From the NCBI GenBank assembly GCA_000004985.1, contig GG738883.1: a DNA stretch of 64,000 nt, one strand, 5' to 3'. Origin of the DNA: Naegleria gruberi (taxonomy: Eukaryota). How positions within the stretch are numbered: position 1 is the first letter of the stretch; each line of letters opens with the position of its first letter. Position numbers and translations under genes: made by a program. This document shows positions 33,841 through 44,022 of the stretch, piece after piece. Under the pieces are notes generated by a model. That model was not told the origin of the DNA. It saw only the letters and a program-made list of their open reading frames with translations, and ran no database searches.

Positions 33841-36228
33841 TTAGTAGAACTGCTTGAGTGGGGATTGTTTTTGAATGAGTTGTCTTATCAGTACATTTTC
33901 AAAGAGATTAGCAAGCTCATCATTACTCTTTGCAGAAACATAACAATATGGTACATTAAGTTGTTTAGCTCTTTCTTCCAAGCTGTGGTCAGTGGAATTT
34001 CCACTTCTATTTTGTACAATAACAATTGGTATTTGTGAAATATCAACTCTCTTAACAAACAAAATTTCTTCGATGAGCTCATTGATGGCAACAATGGAAT
34101 TCTTTTGCTCTTCGGAACAAACGAGAACAAATGCATTAGAACTAAAGATTCTTTCATCTAGATATTCTTCATCATCTCCATTCATGTCCAACAAGTTCAC
34201 TTTAACAACTTGATCATAAACTTTCAATTCCTTCAAATAGAGTTCTTCCTCAGAGTTTGGATCTTGCTCAGTAATAGTTCCTTGAACATAATTGTTGAGC
34301 AATCTTGATTTTCCTACAAGCGGTGGACCTCCAACAAAAACTTCAATTTCGTCTGGCAATGCCTTTGTGACGGTAATGTCACCAGAGCCACTAACTTCAA
34401 CCTTGACAGTAGAGCTTAATTTCTTTGATTGGAAGAGAAGAGTGACATGTTGATTTCCATTGACAATATTTGTGTTGTCCAATTTAGATGTATAATCAGT
34501 AGAATCTCCCAAAATGAATGAATAGGACAAGTCATTGATATATGAGACACCTTCTTGTTTACCTGTTGTGAAGGTGAACTTGAGTAAATTCTTAAAGAAG
34601 GAAACATTCTTTTCAATCTTTGATGGAGTTGCAACTTTTGGTGAAGTCAATTCAATAAGTTTAGCATCTGATGGAGTTGCTTGGTATCCGAAACTAGTAA
34701 GAAGAGCAATAATCTTTTCCTTTAAAGATGATGGACATTCCTCACTAATAATTCTATCGATGGACTTTTCAACAAAACGTGGAGATTCTGCCTTGACAGT
34801 CAATTGATGATTGGCCTTGGCGTTTAACAATAATCTAGCCAACTTGACTTGCCCAGATTCAATAGCTCTATGAAGTGGAGTTCTTCCACTGAAATCTCTA
34901 ACATCAACATTAGCATTATGTCTCAATAACCATTCAGCAATGAGATAACTCTTCAAATCAATTGCATAGTGGAGTGGATATCTTACTTCATCCTCAATAA
35001 CACATGGATCATTGACGTAGGCAGAGAGTTCCTTTTCTTGTTCAGAGAAAATTTCAAGTGCCAAATCAGTCAAATAAACATCTCTTTCATGTGAATAGTT
35101 TTCGGAATCTGATGAGAAATCCAAACCTTCATCTTCTCCGCCTTGGTCAACTTCCAAAGATTGCAAAACAATGAGCAAGAGATTTTGTTGTTTTGGAAGC
35201 TTTGAAGCTTTCAATCTCAATCCTTCTTCTTTCAATAACTTGTAGGCTTTTCTATTGTTTTCCATCAATGCAAAGAGTAAAAGATTGGCTTTGAAATGGG
35301 ATTCTTCATCGACAAGCATTTCAATTCTAGACAATTCTTCCTTTACAAAATGATCCTTCTTATTGATATGAATCAATTCTCCCAACAAGGAAGCATCTTC
35401 ATGTAAAATTGAGATGAAAAGTAACTTTTTAAAGCATTCTTCAGTAGGTCTATTAGTGGACAACAAGTCAAGAAGTAAATCTTGCTTATTTTCTCTGGCA
35501 TATTGTTTCAATTGATTTTCAACATCAACATTTTGAACAATTTTTGTTGTTTCAATTGGTTTTTGTTTCTTCATCAATTCTTTCAATAAGTAAATATTGA
35601 AAATGTCATTCACTTGATTGAAATCCCTAGCATTACAAGAAACGAAAGGCAATTTATATTGTAAAGCTTTCTTTTCAACAAGAGAGTGAACTGATCTTGC
35701 CTTTTGCATATCTTCTTCATCAAGAATATCCAAATACTTTTCTTGTGATTCTAAAATATCACTCTTATTGAGAATGATAACAATTGGTGTTTGATCAACA
35801 TTACCAATTGATTGTTGATTATCAAGATTTGTTGATGATCTATTGTTAATTTGATTGACAATTTCATCAATCATTGATTGACATTGTTCAGGATCATCAA
35901 GAACACTACAAACAATCAAGAAAGCATTTCCATCAGCAATAAATTGATGTTGCAATTGTTTAAATTCACTTCTACCTCCACATTCATTAATATTTAATGT
36001 AATACTATCATTATCAAAATAAATAGTTTTGTAGTAGTGTTCAGTTACTGTAGGAACATATTCTTCTGTAAATTGTTTGGAAATGTATTGATGAATAATT
36101 GATGACTTGCCACTTGCTTCACTTCCCAATACAACAAGTTCTAAATAATCTGATGGAAAGACAGGTGAAAATTTAGTACTTGTACGTGTTGTAGTGTTGG
36201 TTGTAGGTAAATGTAGACTATCTTCCAT
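33841..36228 (-). CDS. Tandem Ras-like GTPase / ankyrin-repeat / Ras-like GTPase protein
   Basis: The N-terminal domain has G1 GSEASGKSS and G4 NKSD. The central part has ankyrin repeats (YPLHYAIDLKSYLIAEWLLRHNANVDVRDFSGRTPLHRAIESGQVKLARLLL). The C-terminal second P-loop domain has GGPPLVGKS and DMNG. Single 795-aa ORF. Confidence 0.65.
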   Translation of the reverse strand: MEDSLHLPTTNTTTRTSTKFSPVFPSDYLELVVLGSEASGKSSIIHQYISKQFTEEYVPTVTEHYYKTIYFDNDSITLNINECGGRSEFKQLQHQFIADGNAFLIVCSVLDDPEQCQSMIDEIVNQINNRSSTNLDNQQSIGNVDQTPIVIILNKSDILESQEKYLDILDEEDMQKARSVHSLVEKKALQYKLPFVSCNARDFNQVNDIFNIYLLKELMKKQKPIETTKIVQNVDVENQLKQYARENKQDLLLDLLSTNRPTEECFKKLLFISILHEDASLLGELIHINKKDHFVKEELSRIEMLVDEESHFKANLLLFALMENNRKAYKLLKEEGLRLKASKLPKQQNLLLIVLQSLEVDQGGEDEGLDFSSDSENYSHERDVYLTDLALEIFSEQEKELSAYVNDPCVIEDEVRYPLHYAIDLKSYLIAEWLLRHNANVDVRDFSGRTPLHRAIESGQVKLARLLLNAKANHQLTVKAESPRFVEKSIDRIISEECPSSLKEKIIALLTSFGYQATPSDAKLIELTSPKVATPSKIEKNVSFFKNLLKFTFTTGKQEGVSYINDLSYSFILGDSTDYTSKLDNTNIVNGNQHVTLLFQSKKLSSTVKVEVSGSGDITVTKALPDEIEVFVGGPPLVGKSRLLNNYVQGTITEQDPNSEEELYLKELKVYDQVVKVNLLDMNGDDEEYLDERIFSSNAFVLVCSEEQKNSIVAINELIEEILFVKRVDISQIPIVIVQNRSGNSTDHSLEERAKQLNVPYCYVSAKSNDELANLFENVLIRQLIQKQSPLKQFY

Positions 36229-36572
36229 TGTTTATTATACAGAGTGTGGGTGTTGATGTGTTTTTTTTAAGTTGAAGTAGATGGTTATGTAGGTAACAAT
36301 TGACTATTACATTGACATTTGATTAGTGAGGTACTGTTTATATTGAGAGGGTGTATTAGGTAATCAGTTGCTGAGAATAAGCAACACTCTTCTACGATCA
36401 CACTCATTGGTTATGATTCCTCAATAAATAGTTGAGTGGAATCAAACATTTGTCCTCAATTGGTAGTTAGATGATGTTTATTTACAAGGAATACTGATGA
36501 TTTTAAGTGGAAGAATATTGATGATTTGTGTTAAGTGGAAGAATTTAACTAAATATAAATGGAGTTAATTGC

Positions 36573-37139
36573 TTACGCATCTAAGGTGAATTGATGAGTC
36601 AATTCTTTGGTCTTTTCCAATTGAGCATTTGTTTCTAGATTTCTCTTGTACATTTCGTCTACTTCGTCCATCATCTTTTTCATATCATTGGTTCTCTCGA
36701 TAGCTGTTTCTTGCACTCTACCCATAAATTGATTAACAAGCTCGGAAAGCTTCATTGTAAAATCTAATCAAAACATTAAATGATCACTTGATAGTGACAA
36801 CTTACTATTCAATACACTTTCCATCTTTTCATGAATCTCGGAGAGTCTCTGTCTAGCATGTTGCATATTAGGATCCAAATAATCTGCAGCTGCTCCACCT
36901 GAGGCTGATGATCCTTGTTGAGTTTCAAAAGAATGATTTCCACCTTCATTAGTTTCCTCCAAAGTGCTTCCTTCCAATGAATTTTCATAGCGTTGTTGAT
37001 GTTGTTGTTGTGGATAATGAGAAGCTTCCTCACAGAATTGTTGTTCTCCCGATTCATAGAGATTAGAATCATTAACAAGACTAGAAGAATCATCACTTGC
37101 GAATTTTACTCGTTTAGTTGACTTTAAGATTTTGTTCAA
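36573..37139 (-). CDS. Coiled-coil protein; two ORFs probably joined by a 42-nt intron
   Basis: Exon 1 is 37139-36806 (ends ...VLN + a). The intron is 36764-36805 (GTAAGT..GATTAG). Exon 2 is 36763-36573 (...NFTMKLSELVNQFMGRVQETAIER...). The join keeps the frame. An E2F-like palindrome lies about 150 bp upstream. Confidence 0.4.
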
Positions 37140-37283
37140 AGGCTTTGAAAAATTAATTACTTACTTGTTGGTGATCGTCTTGGATCATATCGGTACTTTG
37201 GAATGTTCTCTTTTCTAAGCTTGTTGACATTTTTTTTAAGTTGAGTCAACTAAGGCTTGTTTCTTGAATGCAAAAATATGAAC

Positions 37284-37298
37284 TTTTTGGCGCCAAAA
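37284..37298. promoter_or_regulatory. Palindromic E2F-like element TTTTTGGCGCCAAAA
   Basis: A GC palindrome in AT-rich promoter DNA, about 150 bp upstream of the minus-strand gene that starts at 37139. It matches the E2F consensus TTTSSCGC in both orientations. Confidence 0.4.
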
Positions 37299-37547
37299 TT
37301 CTTAAAATTAATCTGAAAAATGTATTATTTGATGTAAGCGGTCTTGGACTGCAATTATGATACAATCAGGAGGGAGGTTGAAAAGGTGAAAAATATTGAT
37401 GAAGAATATGAACACACTCATAGGTTATCAGTCCGAACAATCTGAAATGTTTCATTTCACAAGATCGTTTCCAACATAAAGTAAAATCCGCATTATTTTT
37501 TCAAATGCAAATGAAATTTTTAATTTATTTAAGAAATACGTTTACGT

Positions 37548-38318
37548 TCAAAAACATCCAACCTCAATTATTAATCCAAAAAAAACACAGCACGGAATTG
37601 ATAAAAATATCATACCTACTGTAAGTCCAAAAAATGAAATGGTTATAAGAAATACCGAGAGTTTTCGATAAATTATTGAATAGGAAATTGCAAAGAAATA
37701 ATCATTGTCATCATTATAAAAACAAGGCACCTTTGCACCCGCATTCATTTCTACTGACATTGTGGAATTCTTAAATGTAGCAATCTTTGGGGAAGGAATA
37801 TAATTGGTTTCGTTCTCAATTTTGGTTACATTGCAACTACTTCCAACAAATGTTTCATTATATTTGGATGAGGGAAAGTATTTCTCAGTCGTAAAGAGTG
37901 TTGAATTATGAGTTGTTACAAACATTTTCACAAATAATCCTTTTTCCCACTCATCACAACCTCTACGTTGTTTAGCACAGTATGAGGCAATATAAAGATT
38001 GCAATCTGACACTTGGCATTCATGTTCCGGCGCTGTATGGACCAGAATACTAAAGTAAAGGAAAGTGAAGGAGACAATTATAAATACTATTAAAGAAATT
38101 ATTCCTATGATGATAACGTTGATGATATGTCCATGTAATCTCTTCTTATGTCGTAATAATAATTCTTTGTTCTTTTTCCAATTTTCTGTTTCGGCAACAA
38201 CAGAATAACAACTCTTGTTAATTTGTGCAAAACTTGCATATGAATCTATTGAAAGAAATCCAAGTATCAATGTTAATTCATCAGAATTTAATTTATGAAA
38301 GGGAAGTGTCATTAACAA
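37548..38318 (-). CDS. Hypothetical F-box-like, transmembrane protein
   Basis: The N-terminus (LNSDELTLILGFLSIDSYASFAQINKSCYSVV) is F-box-like. Two or three hydrophobic helices follow. Confidence 0.4.
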   Translation of the reverse strand: MLMTLPFHKLNSDELTLILGFLSIDSYASFAQINKSCYSVVAETENWKKNKELLLRHKKRLHGHIINVIIIGIISLIVFIIVSFTFLYFSILVHTAPEHECQVSDCNLYIASYCAKQRRGCDEWEKGLFVKMFVTTHNSTLFTTEKYFPSSKYNETFVGSSCNVTKIENETNYIPSPKIATFKNSTMSVEMNAGAKVPCFYNDDNDYFFAISYSIIYRKLSVFLITISFFGLTVGMIFLSIPCCVFFGLIIEVGCF

Positions 38319-38832
38319 TTTCTATTGGATGCACGTTTAAATTATGGAGGGTGTGCTTAATTGTATTGGTGTTTTTTTGACATGCAAATCCATCTCATTT
38401 GACTTTTTAAAATATTCTTTAATATAAATGGAATATTTTAAACGAGTAGTATGCCACACAGTAACGCACTCACAGTAGTGGCATATTTTTTTGGGATGTC
38501 TACAAGTCAGATATACAGGTGTTGAGAAAATAAGAATTCATGGATTGGATGAGAAATACTCAGTTATTGTTGAAATTACTGAGTTCCCTTTTACATATTG
38601 GAACGATAAATTTCTTTCGTCACAACTACGTCATCATTTGCTTCAACGGATACTTTCCAATCCCAAAATAGAACCAAAAGGTGTATTACTTGCAGAGAAC
38701 AATATTTATTACGCGCTCCGAAGGCGGCAACTTCAAATAAAATCAAACAAAAAAAAAGAGTTCAAACCAAACAACGAAACTCTATTGTAAAATAGCTTAG
38801 AATATATTATTTAAAAAAATATTTGATCAAAA

Positions 38833-39527
38833 ATGTCGTTAGTGAGTGGTGATTATAGACCATGGGATTATGATATCCTTGTTAAAGTATTGATTATTGG
38901 TGATTCTGGAGTCGGGAAGAGTTGCTTACTTGTTCGTTATAGTGATGATGATTTCTTTGAATCACATCTTACAACTATTGGAGTTGATTTTAAAATTAAA
39001 ACACAAACATTACCAGATAATAGAGTAGCAAAGATACAGTTGTGGGATACTGCTGGTCAGGTAAGTTTTTATTTCTAATATTTTCTAATAATTTCAAATA
39101 GGAACGATTCAATTCTATTGTGTCTGGATATTATAGAAGTTCAAATGGTATTATGATTGTATTCGATTTGACTGATGAACAATCTTTTAGAAATGTCAGT
39201 AAATGGCTTGATCAAATTAAGAAACATGGTGATCCTTCGGGTCCAATGGTTCTTGTTGGAAATAAGGCTGATTTAACATCAAAGAGAGTTATTGATTCTC
39301 AATTAGGAAAGGAATTAGCCAAGAATTTAGGAATTGAATATATTGAAACGAGTGCAAAGAGTTCACAAGGTGTTGAACAAGCTTTTGACAAAATGTTACA
39401 AGCAGTTGTAAAGGCTCAAAACTATATTGAAAGTGGACCAAAGAAGGACGATAGATATTCGAATTCTTCATCTTCCCTGGTGGTGCAAGGACCAAAAACT
39501 CCTTCTGGTAGTACTTGTAATTGTTGA
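38833..39527 (+). CDS. Rab-family small GTPase; 2 exons
   Basis: Exon 1 is 38833-39060 (...WDTAGQ|GTAAGT). The intron is 39061-39101 (41 nt, ..AAATAG). Exon 2 is 39102-39527 ([12 protein letters not shown]...). Motifs are G1 GDSGVGKS, the RabF region, NKADL, ETSAK and a C-terminal CNC prenylation motif. The track's 'M' at 39120 is a GTG alternative start inside exon 2. Confidence 0.85.
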
Positions 39528-40161
39528 GTTTAAGTAATAAAACAATTCATTTTACAAAAGTTTTATCATGTCCAAAGTATGATTCATAGAATTTTGGACG
39601 ATAATTGGGAGAACAAGTGTACACTAGTTTATCAGACGAGAAAAACAACCTTTCAAGTGAAAACGCAAAACTAATTGAGAAAGTTGAAAATCTTTCAAAT
39701 GAAAATAATAATTTATTGGAAAGAATCAAATTATTGGAACAAGAACTGTCAAAATTAAAACAATAATGTATTTATTTGGTTTTACATCAACATTATTAGT
39801 GAATGGATTGAGCAAGTTTTTGATATTCTTAAAGAAGAGGAACATCTCCATTAGAAATTGTTACAAAATATATTCGAATATATTCGAAAGAGGAAGAAAC
39901 TCAATTGTTGAACTTCATACTAATTATTCTCAAAATAGCCCCGATTTCTAGAAATCAATTGAACAACAAAAGCACTTGAAAATGTCAGGAGCTTTTAATA
40001 AATGGCAAAAAGATGAATTCAAACAATAAAATTACTGGAAATTCATCCTTTTTCAATTTTTCAGAGATCTGTTGTTGATATTTCGGGAAAGTGAACTTGA
40101 TTACAAGTTCCAGAATTATACTAATTACTAATACTAATGCAAAACAATAATTTTAAAAAAA

Positions 40162-40671
40162 ATGTGGCTGGAAGATCTAGTGTACGATATAATTTATGAT
40201 GTAATGGAAGAGCGGAAGAAAGAAAATTCACTCCAAGGCAATGTTTATATTTGGGATATTGTAAAACAAGTTCAAGAGATTATTCTTGAAAAAGGTGAAG
40301 AAACTTATTGGATGGTGGGAAATCCAATTGTTGAAGAAGAAATTTATGAGGAAATTAAACGAGAATTGAAAGAATTAAAAAAACAAGCTCGAGAGGATGA
40401 GGAAGAAGTGGAAATTGAACGAGATTTTAAAATTATGAATAATATAGATGAATATGATGATGATTATGATGATGAAGAAGAATTTGAAGGAGATGAAGAT
40501 TATGATGATGAGGAAATGAATGAGGATTTTGATGATGAAGAATATGAACCAGAAATGGAGGGAGAAGAAGTCAATTCACAAAAAAGAAATAGAGAAGAGT
40601 ATGGAGATTGGGCAGATTTTGGTAAACCAGCAAAGAGTAAAAAGTTCAATATAATATATATAAAGGAATGA
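40162..40671 (+). CDS. Highly acidic D/E/Y-rich protein (169 aa)
   Basis: A-run Kozak context. Contains DEYDDDYDDEEEFEGDEDYDDEEMNEDFDDEEYEPEMEGEE. No domain recognised. Confidence 0.4.
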   Translation: MWLEDLVYDIIYDVMEERKKENSLQGNVYIWDIVKQVQEIILEKGEETYWMVGNPIVEEEIYEEIKRELKELKKQAREDEEEVEIERDFKIMNNIDEYDDDYDDEEEFEGDEDYDDEEMNEDFDDEEYEPEMEGEEVNSQKRNREEYGDWADFGKPAKSKKFNIIYIKE

Positions 40672-40881
40672 CCACCAAAATGAAATATATCAAAATATAT
40701 TGCAAAACCATCTTGCTTGACAAGATATGAATCACTTTGTTTCGCAGTTAGTGCAATCTCTTTAATTCAGAAAACTACTAATGTAGTTTGGCACTTTTCA
40801 AACCTCTATCATCCAAGAATTCCATAATTATCTTATTAAAAATTTTGGATTATTCAAAAATATAATATTTAGCCAAAATCA

Positions 40882-40968
40882 TCCGATGAGACGGAATCGA
40901 ACCGCCGACCACAGGATTACAGTGTTTCTTGCTACAGTCCCATGCTCTACCAGCTGAGCTATCATCGG
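40882..40968 (-). tRNA. tRNA-Tyr (anticodon GTA) with a 14-nt intron
   Basis: The reverse complement folds as CCGATGA..GCTCAGCTGGTAGAGC..TGGGA-CTGTAG[CAAGAAACACTGTA]A-TCCTG..GGCGG-TTCGATT-CCGTC..TCATCGGA. The intron sits 3' of position 37, as is canonical for tRNA-Tyr. Confidence 0.85.
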
Positions 40969-41107
40969 TACATGTTTTTAAATAAAGGATGAAATATTTT
41001 ATTGTAACTCTAAAATAAATTATTGGAGAACACAATGTCCTTCAAATGGATTGTAGATGATGATTGCTTAGCTTTGTTGTAAATAAGGCGATGATTGTAT
41101 TAAGTGA

Positions 41108-41180
41108 GCCCGTCTAGCTCAGTCGGTAGAGCGCAAGGCTCTTAACCTTGTGGTCGTGGGTTCGACCCCCACGGTGGGCG
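41108..41180 (+). tRNA. tRNA-Lys (anticodon CTT)
   Basis: GCCCGTC-TA-GCTC-AGTCGGTA-GAGC-G-CAAGG-CTCTTAA-CCTTG-TGGTC-GTGGG-TTCGACC-CCCAC-GGTGGGC-G. This is a canonical cloverleaf. Confidence 0.9.
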
Positions 41181-41370
41181 ATTTCTCTTTTATGTTAATA
41201 AGCATTTTTTAATTTTCTCTGACTTATCAAATTGTCTTAACTTTACCAAATATTCCAATAAATTCAATTTACTGAGCTTTATGTTCTTATAAGCATCTAC
41301 TATTTTGATTATTTCAACAATAATTAAATATTAAATTAAATTATATTAATTAAAAAATATTTGAATTTAA

Positions 41371-41676
41371 AAAACATTAGTCTGACTCCCAGATTTCACT
41401 CTCTGTTAGCTCATGCTCAGTTCTGCAATCTGACCATCATACAGTGTGAAGGCTATGATTTGCTCAGTTATCCTGCCTCAACCGGTTCACCTTTCATTAG
41501 GACCCTAGTTTCTCCTTTTTCATGGGGAGGTACTATGGTCACACCGCTATTGGCGCAGACAGAACATCGTCACCATATTGCTAACAGAGGAATGAGTCTG
41601 AAGAACCATCCCTTTGCCTGACGCTGTGGCAGAGAACCATCACAGCTACCTCCCTACAGTAGCCCAGCTTGTCTTT
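41371..41676 (-). ncRNA. 7SL: Signal recognition particle RNA (7SL/SRP RNA)
   Basis: The minus strand reads ...GCUGGGCUACUGUAGGGAGGUAGCUGUGAUGGUUCUCUGCCACAG... with Alu-domain helices 3 and 4. It continues ...CAAUAUGGUGAC..., a 12-nt identity to human 7SL. Then comes ...GGUGAACCGGUUGAGGCAGGAUAACUGAGCA..., which in human is GGUGAACCGGCCCAGGUCGGAAACGGAGCAGG in S-domain helix 8. A T6 terminator follows; on the + strand it is the A-run at 41369-41374. The ends are good to about ±10 nt. ORFs 41361-41621(+) and 41581-41835(-) overlap it and are spurious. Confidence 0.75.
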
Positions 41677-41789
41677 ATCATCAATTCTCGAGTGTGTAAA
41701 GGTAAAAATCTTGGAAAATATTAAATAAATGTGGTTTTCAAAAATATGATCAAAAAGATGGATCAGTGGCTTAATGAGGATAGTTACTA

Positions 41790-42435
41790 TTATTGATCCT
41801 TGTTCTTGTCTTGGTGAGGTTCTTCTTCCTTCCAACCCTTTTCAAAGGTGTTGGTATCGACACGATCTCGTGTAAGTTCTAATTGTAATTCTTCATCATG
41901 ATTCAAATTCTTTAAATTCCAACTGAAGGTGGTTCGTTGCTGGTGAGATAATTCACTACTGTGAATACCAGTCTTGGAGTAGTACTTGCTACTCAACTTT
42001 CCACTGTTCCATTTCTATATGAAATTTAAATTCCTCTTCCGAAATCGAAAAACTAACCTTGATAAACTTTTTAAAGTAATGTTGTATTTCCTCTGTATTT
42101 TCCAAATCATCTTCAATTCTCAACTTTTTATTATTTAAAAGCCACAATCTAAATTCCTGATTTTTCCTATAATAATCATTCATTGTTAATTTTTCAATTG
42201 GTGATGAAGTTGTTATTGTAGATGATGAAGAAACATCTTCTCTTTTCTGTATCTTCTTATTCAACTTTTCCAATTTCTTTTCCAATTTCCTCTTCTTTTT
42301 ATCCTCTTCATGGTCGGAATTTTCTGATGATTTATCTTCCTCATCTTTATACTTTCTCTTCTCGGCTGTCTTTTCCTTCTTTCCCATTTTTTCTTCTTTA
42401 CATTCTTGATGATTAATCCTTTTGAAAAACATCAT
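41790..42435 (-). CDS. K/E/S-rich charged (probably nuclear) protein; probably 2 exons
   Basis: ORF 41989-42435 (basic/acidic, KKEKTAEKRKYKDEEDKSSENSDHEEDKKKRKLEKKLEKL) and ORF 41790-41996 can be joined through a candidate intron of about 72 nt (GTTAGT...CAAG). Boundaries are uncertain. Confidence 0.35.
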
Positions 42436-42572
42436 CTAATCACCAATTGTCATTCAGTAGGCCTAAAATCCACTAATAGTAGGAGATACATACGAGAGAG
42501 CTACAACTTTTTCCAACCGTCCATGTGCCTGATGAATATCAATCATCATGTAATAATCACATACCTTCTTAA

Positions 42573-43983
42573 TTGATTGGTCAGCAAAAGAATCAAAAGA
42601 TGAAAAAAATGTTTTCCATCTCACGGGTCTCTGCCGTGAATGAAGAGAATGGTCTGAGCAATGTTTTACAATCATCAGTCAATAATAATACTACAAACAA
42701 TAATACTAATGTACAATCTCAAGTAGTAGTTGGATCAGGAAGTGGGACAATGCCTGTAACCACTACATCATCACCATCAAATAATATACCAGCCGATCCA
42801 CAAGAAATTAAAAAGAATAATCGATTGACAGTGATACAAAGTAATAATCAGAGTTTCTATAGCAATATGAGTAGTGCAACAACAACAGAAATTAATTCGG
42901 ATAGCAAGTTGAATCAATTGTCGACTTTGTCAACAGAGGAAGGAAGTAGTGGAATTTCAAGGAGAACAACACCATCATCACAAACTTTTGGAGAGGGAGG
43001 AATTGAAGGATTGTCAAATTTAGGGAGAAGAGGAAGAAGAGGATCTTTAGAACATGAAGTTAAACATCCAGTGGCTCTTTCTAAAACTCTAGATCAAAAA
43101 GTACCACTGATGGAATTTATCGTTCAAAAGAGAGTTGAAAATTTGGAATATATCAGGAAATTCCATGAAGGCCAAGTGTTTTGGATGAATACTGTCAAGG
43201 TCTCTCCTTCAGAAATTGAAAAGGCCTATCAATCACAAACATTACAAAAGAGATTGGAACAATGGTTTACTTTAGGCATGTCAATGGCTCCACTTATACA
43301 AATTGATAATGGATATGAATTTGTTAGAGCATGTTCACAATTATTAGAAGAGTTTGAATACCACTTTTCTAATATGGCTGTTCAAGGAATGAAAATTCTC
43401 AAAGCATTTACCAATAATTTTGTCGATGATGACACTCCACCTGTAATTACCTCCCAAAAGACAATCAAACCGTCCATTCACAAATCTAATGGTTCAGTTG
43501 TTTACGAATTTTTGCAAACACCAAATATTGTAAGTTTTAACGAATTGCAATATTCTAATAACCACGGTTTAGCCCTGTACACTTGATTATTGTCAAATAA
43601 TTTTCTCTCTTTGTGACCTTCTGATATTTGTATATAGAAAGTTTCTCGATGAAGCTAATATTGGGTCATCTCTACATGAATACATTGTGAAATTAGATGG
43701 AAAAATTAAGGTACGTATTTAGTCAACAAACCAATTTAATATTTCAAATTATTATAATATTTCAAATTATTAATAATTCGAATAATAATTTAGAATAATT
43801 TTATTGGATTGATTTCAAGAGATATTAGTGCTCTAGCTATACAGATTGTAAAAACCAAGTTATCAAATGTACAAAATATGTTTTCATTGACACCTCAAGT
43901 AAACAATCAACCTATTACTAAACGTAAAGGTGATGCTGATGATTCCCAAAAACAGAAGGATGTCGATGAATGGTTTGTAATAT
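42573..43983 (+). CDS. Hypothetical protein with S/N/T-rich N-terminus; multi-exon, 3' exons tentative
   Basis: The main exon is 42573 to about 43529 (...FLQTPNI|GTAAGT). Candidate downstream exons are near 43626-43710 and 43800-43983 (...KRKGDADDSQKQKDVDEWFVI*). The splice phases were not fully verified. Confidence 0.35.
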
Positions 43984-44022
43984 AATTGTGGCCACTCGTT
44001 AGTAAAATTAATGTTGTTTCAC

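Noticed and set aside
39120-39122. ORF-track 'M' starts at GTG/TTG codons (for example 39120, 25530, 3880)
   Set aside because: The ORF caller allows alternative starts. At 39120 and 25530 the codon is simply the in-frame continuation of a downstream exon after an intron. At 3880 the TTG start is not credible, and the only plausible start is the ATG at 3961 (low confidence).
40162-40671. Possibility that the D/E/Y-rich acidic ORF is a non-coding simple repeat
   Set aside because: It is kept as a gene at low confidence. It has an A-run Kozak context, a non-repetitive N-terminal 60 aa, and codon-level rather than DNA-level repetition, all of which favour coding. It was not promoted to a finding.
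41361-41835. ORFs 41361-41621(+) and 41581-41835(-) from the ORF track
   Set aside because: They lie entirely within or over the SRP (7SL) RNA gene. Their GC-rich, structured sequence explains the open frames. They are not protein-coding.
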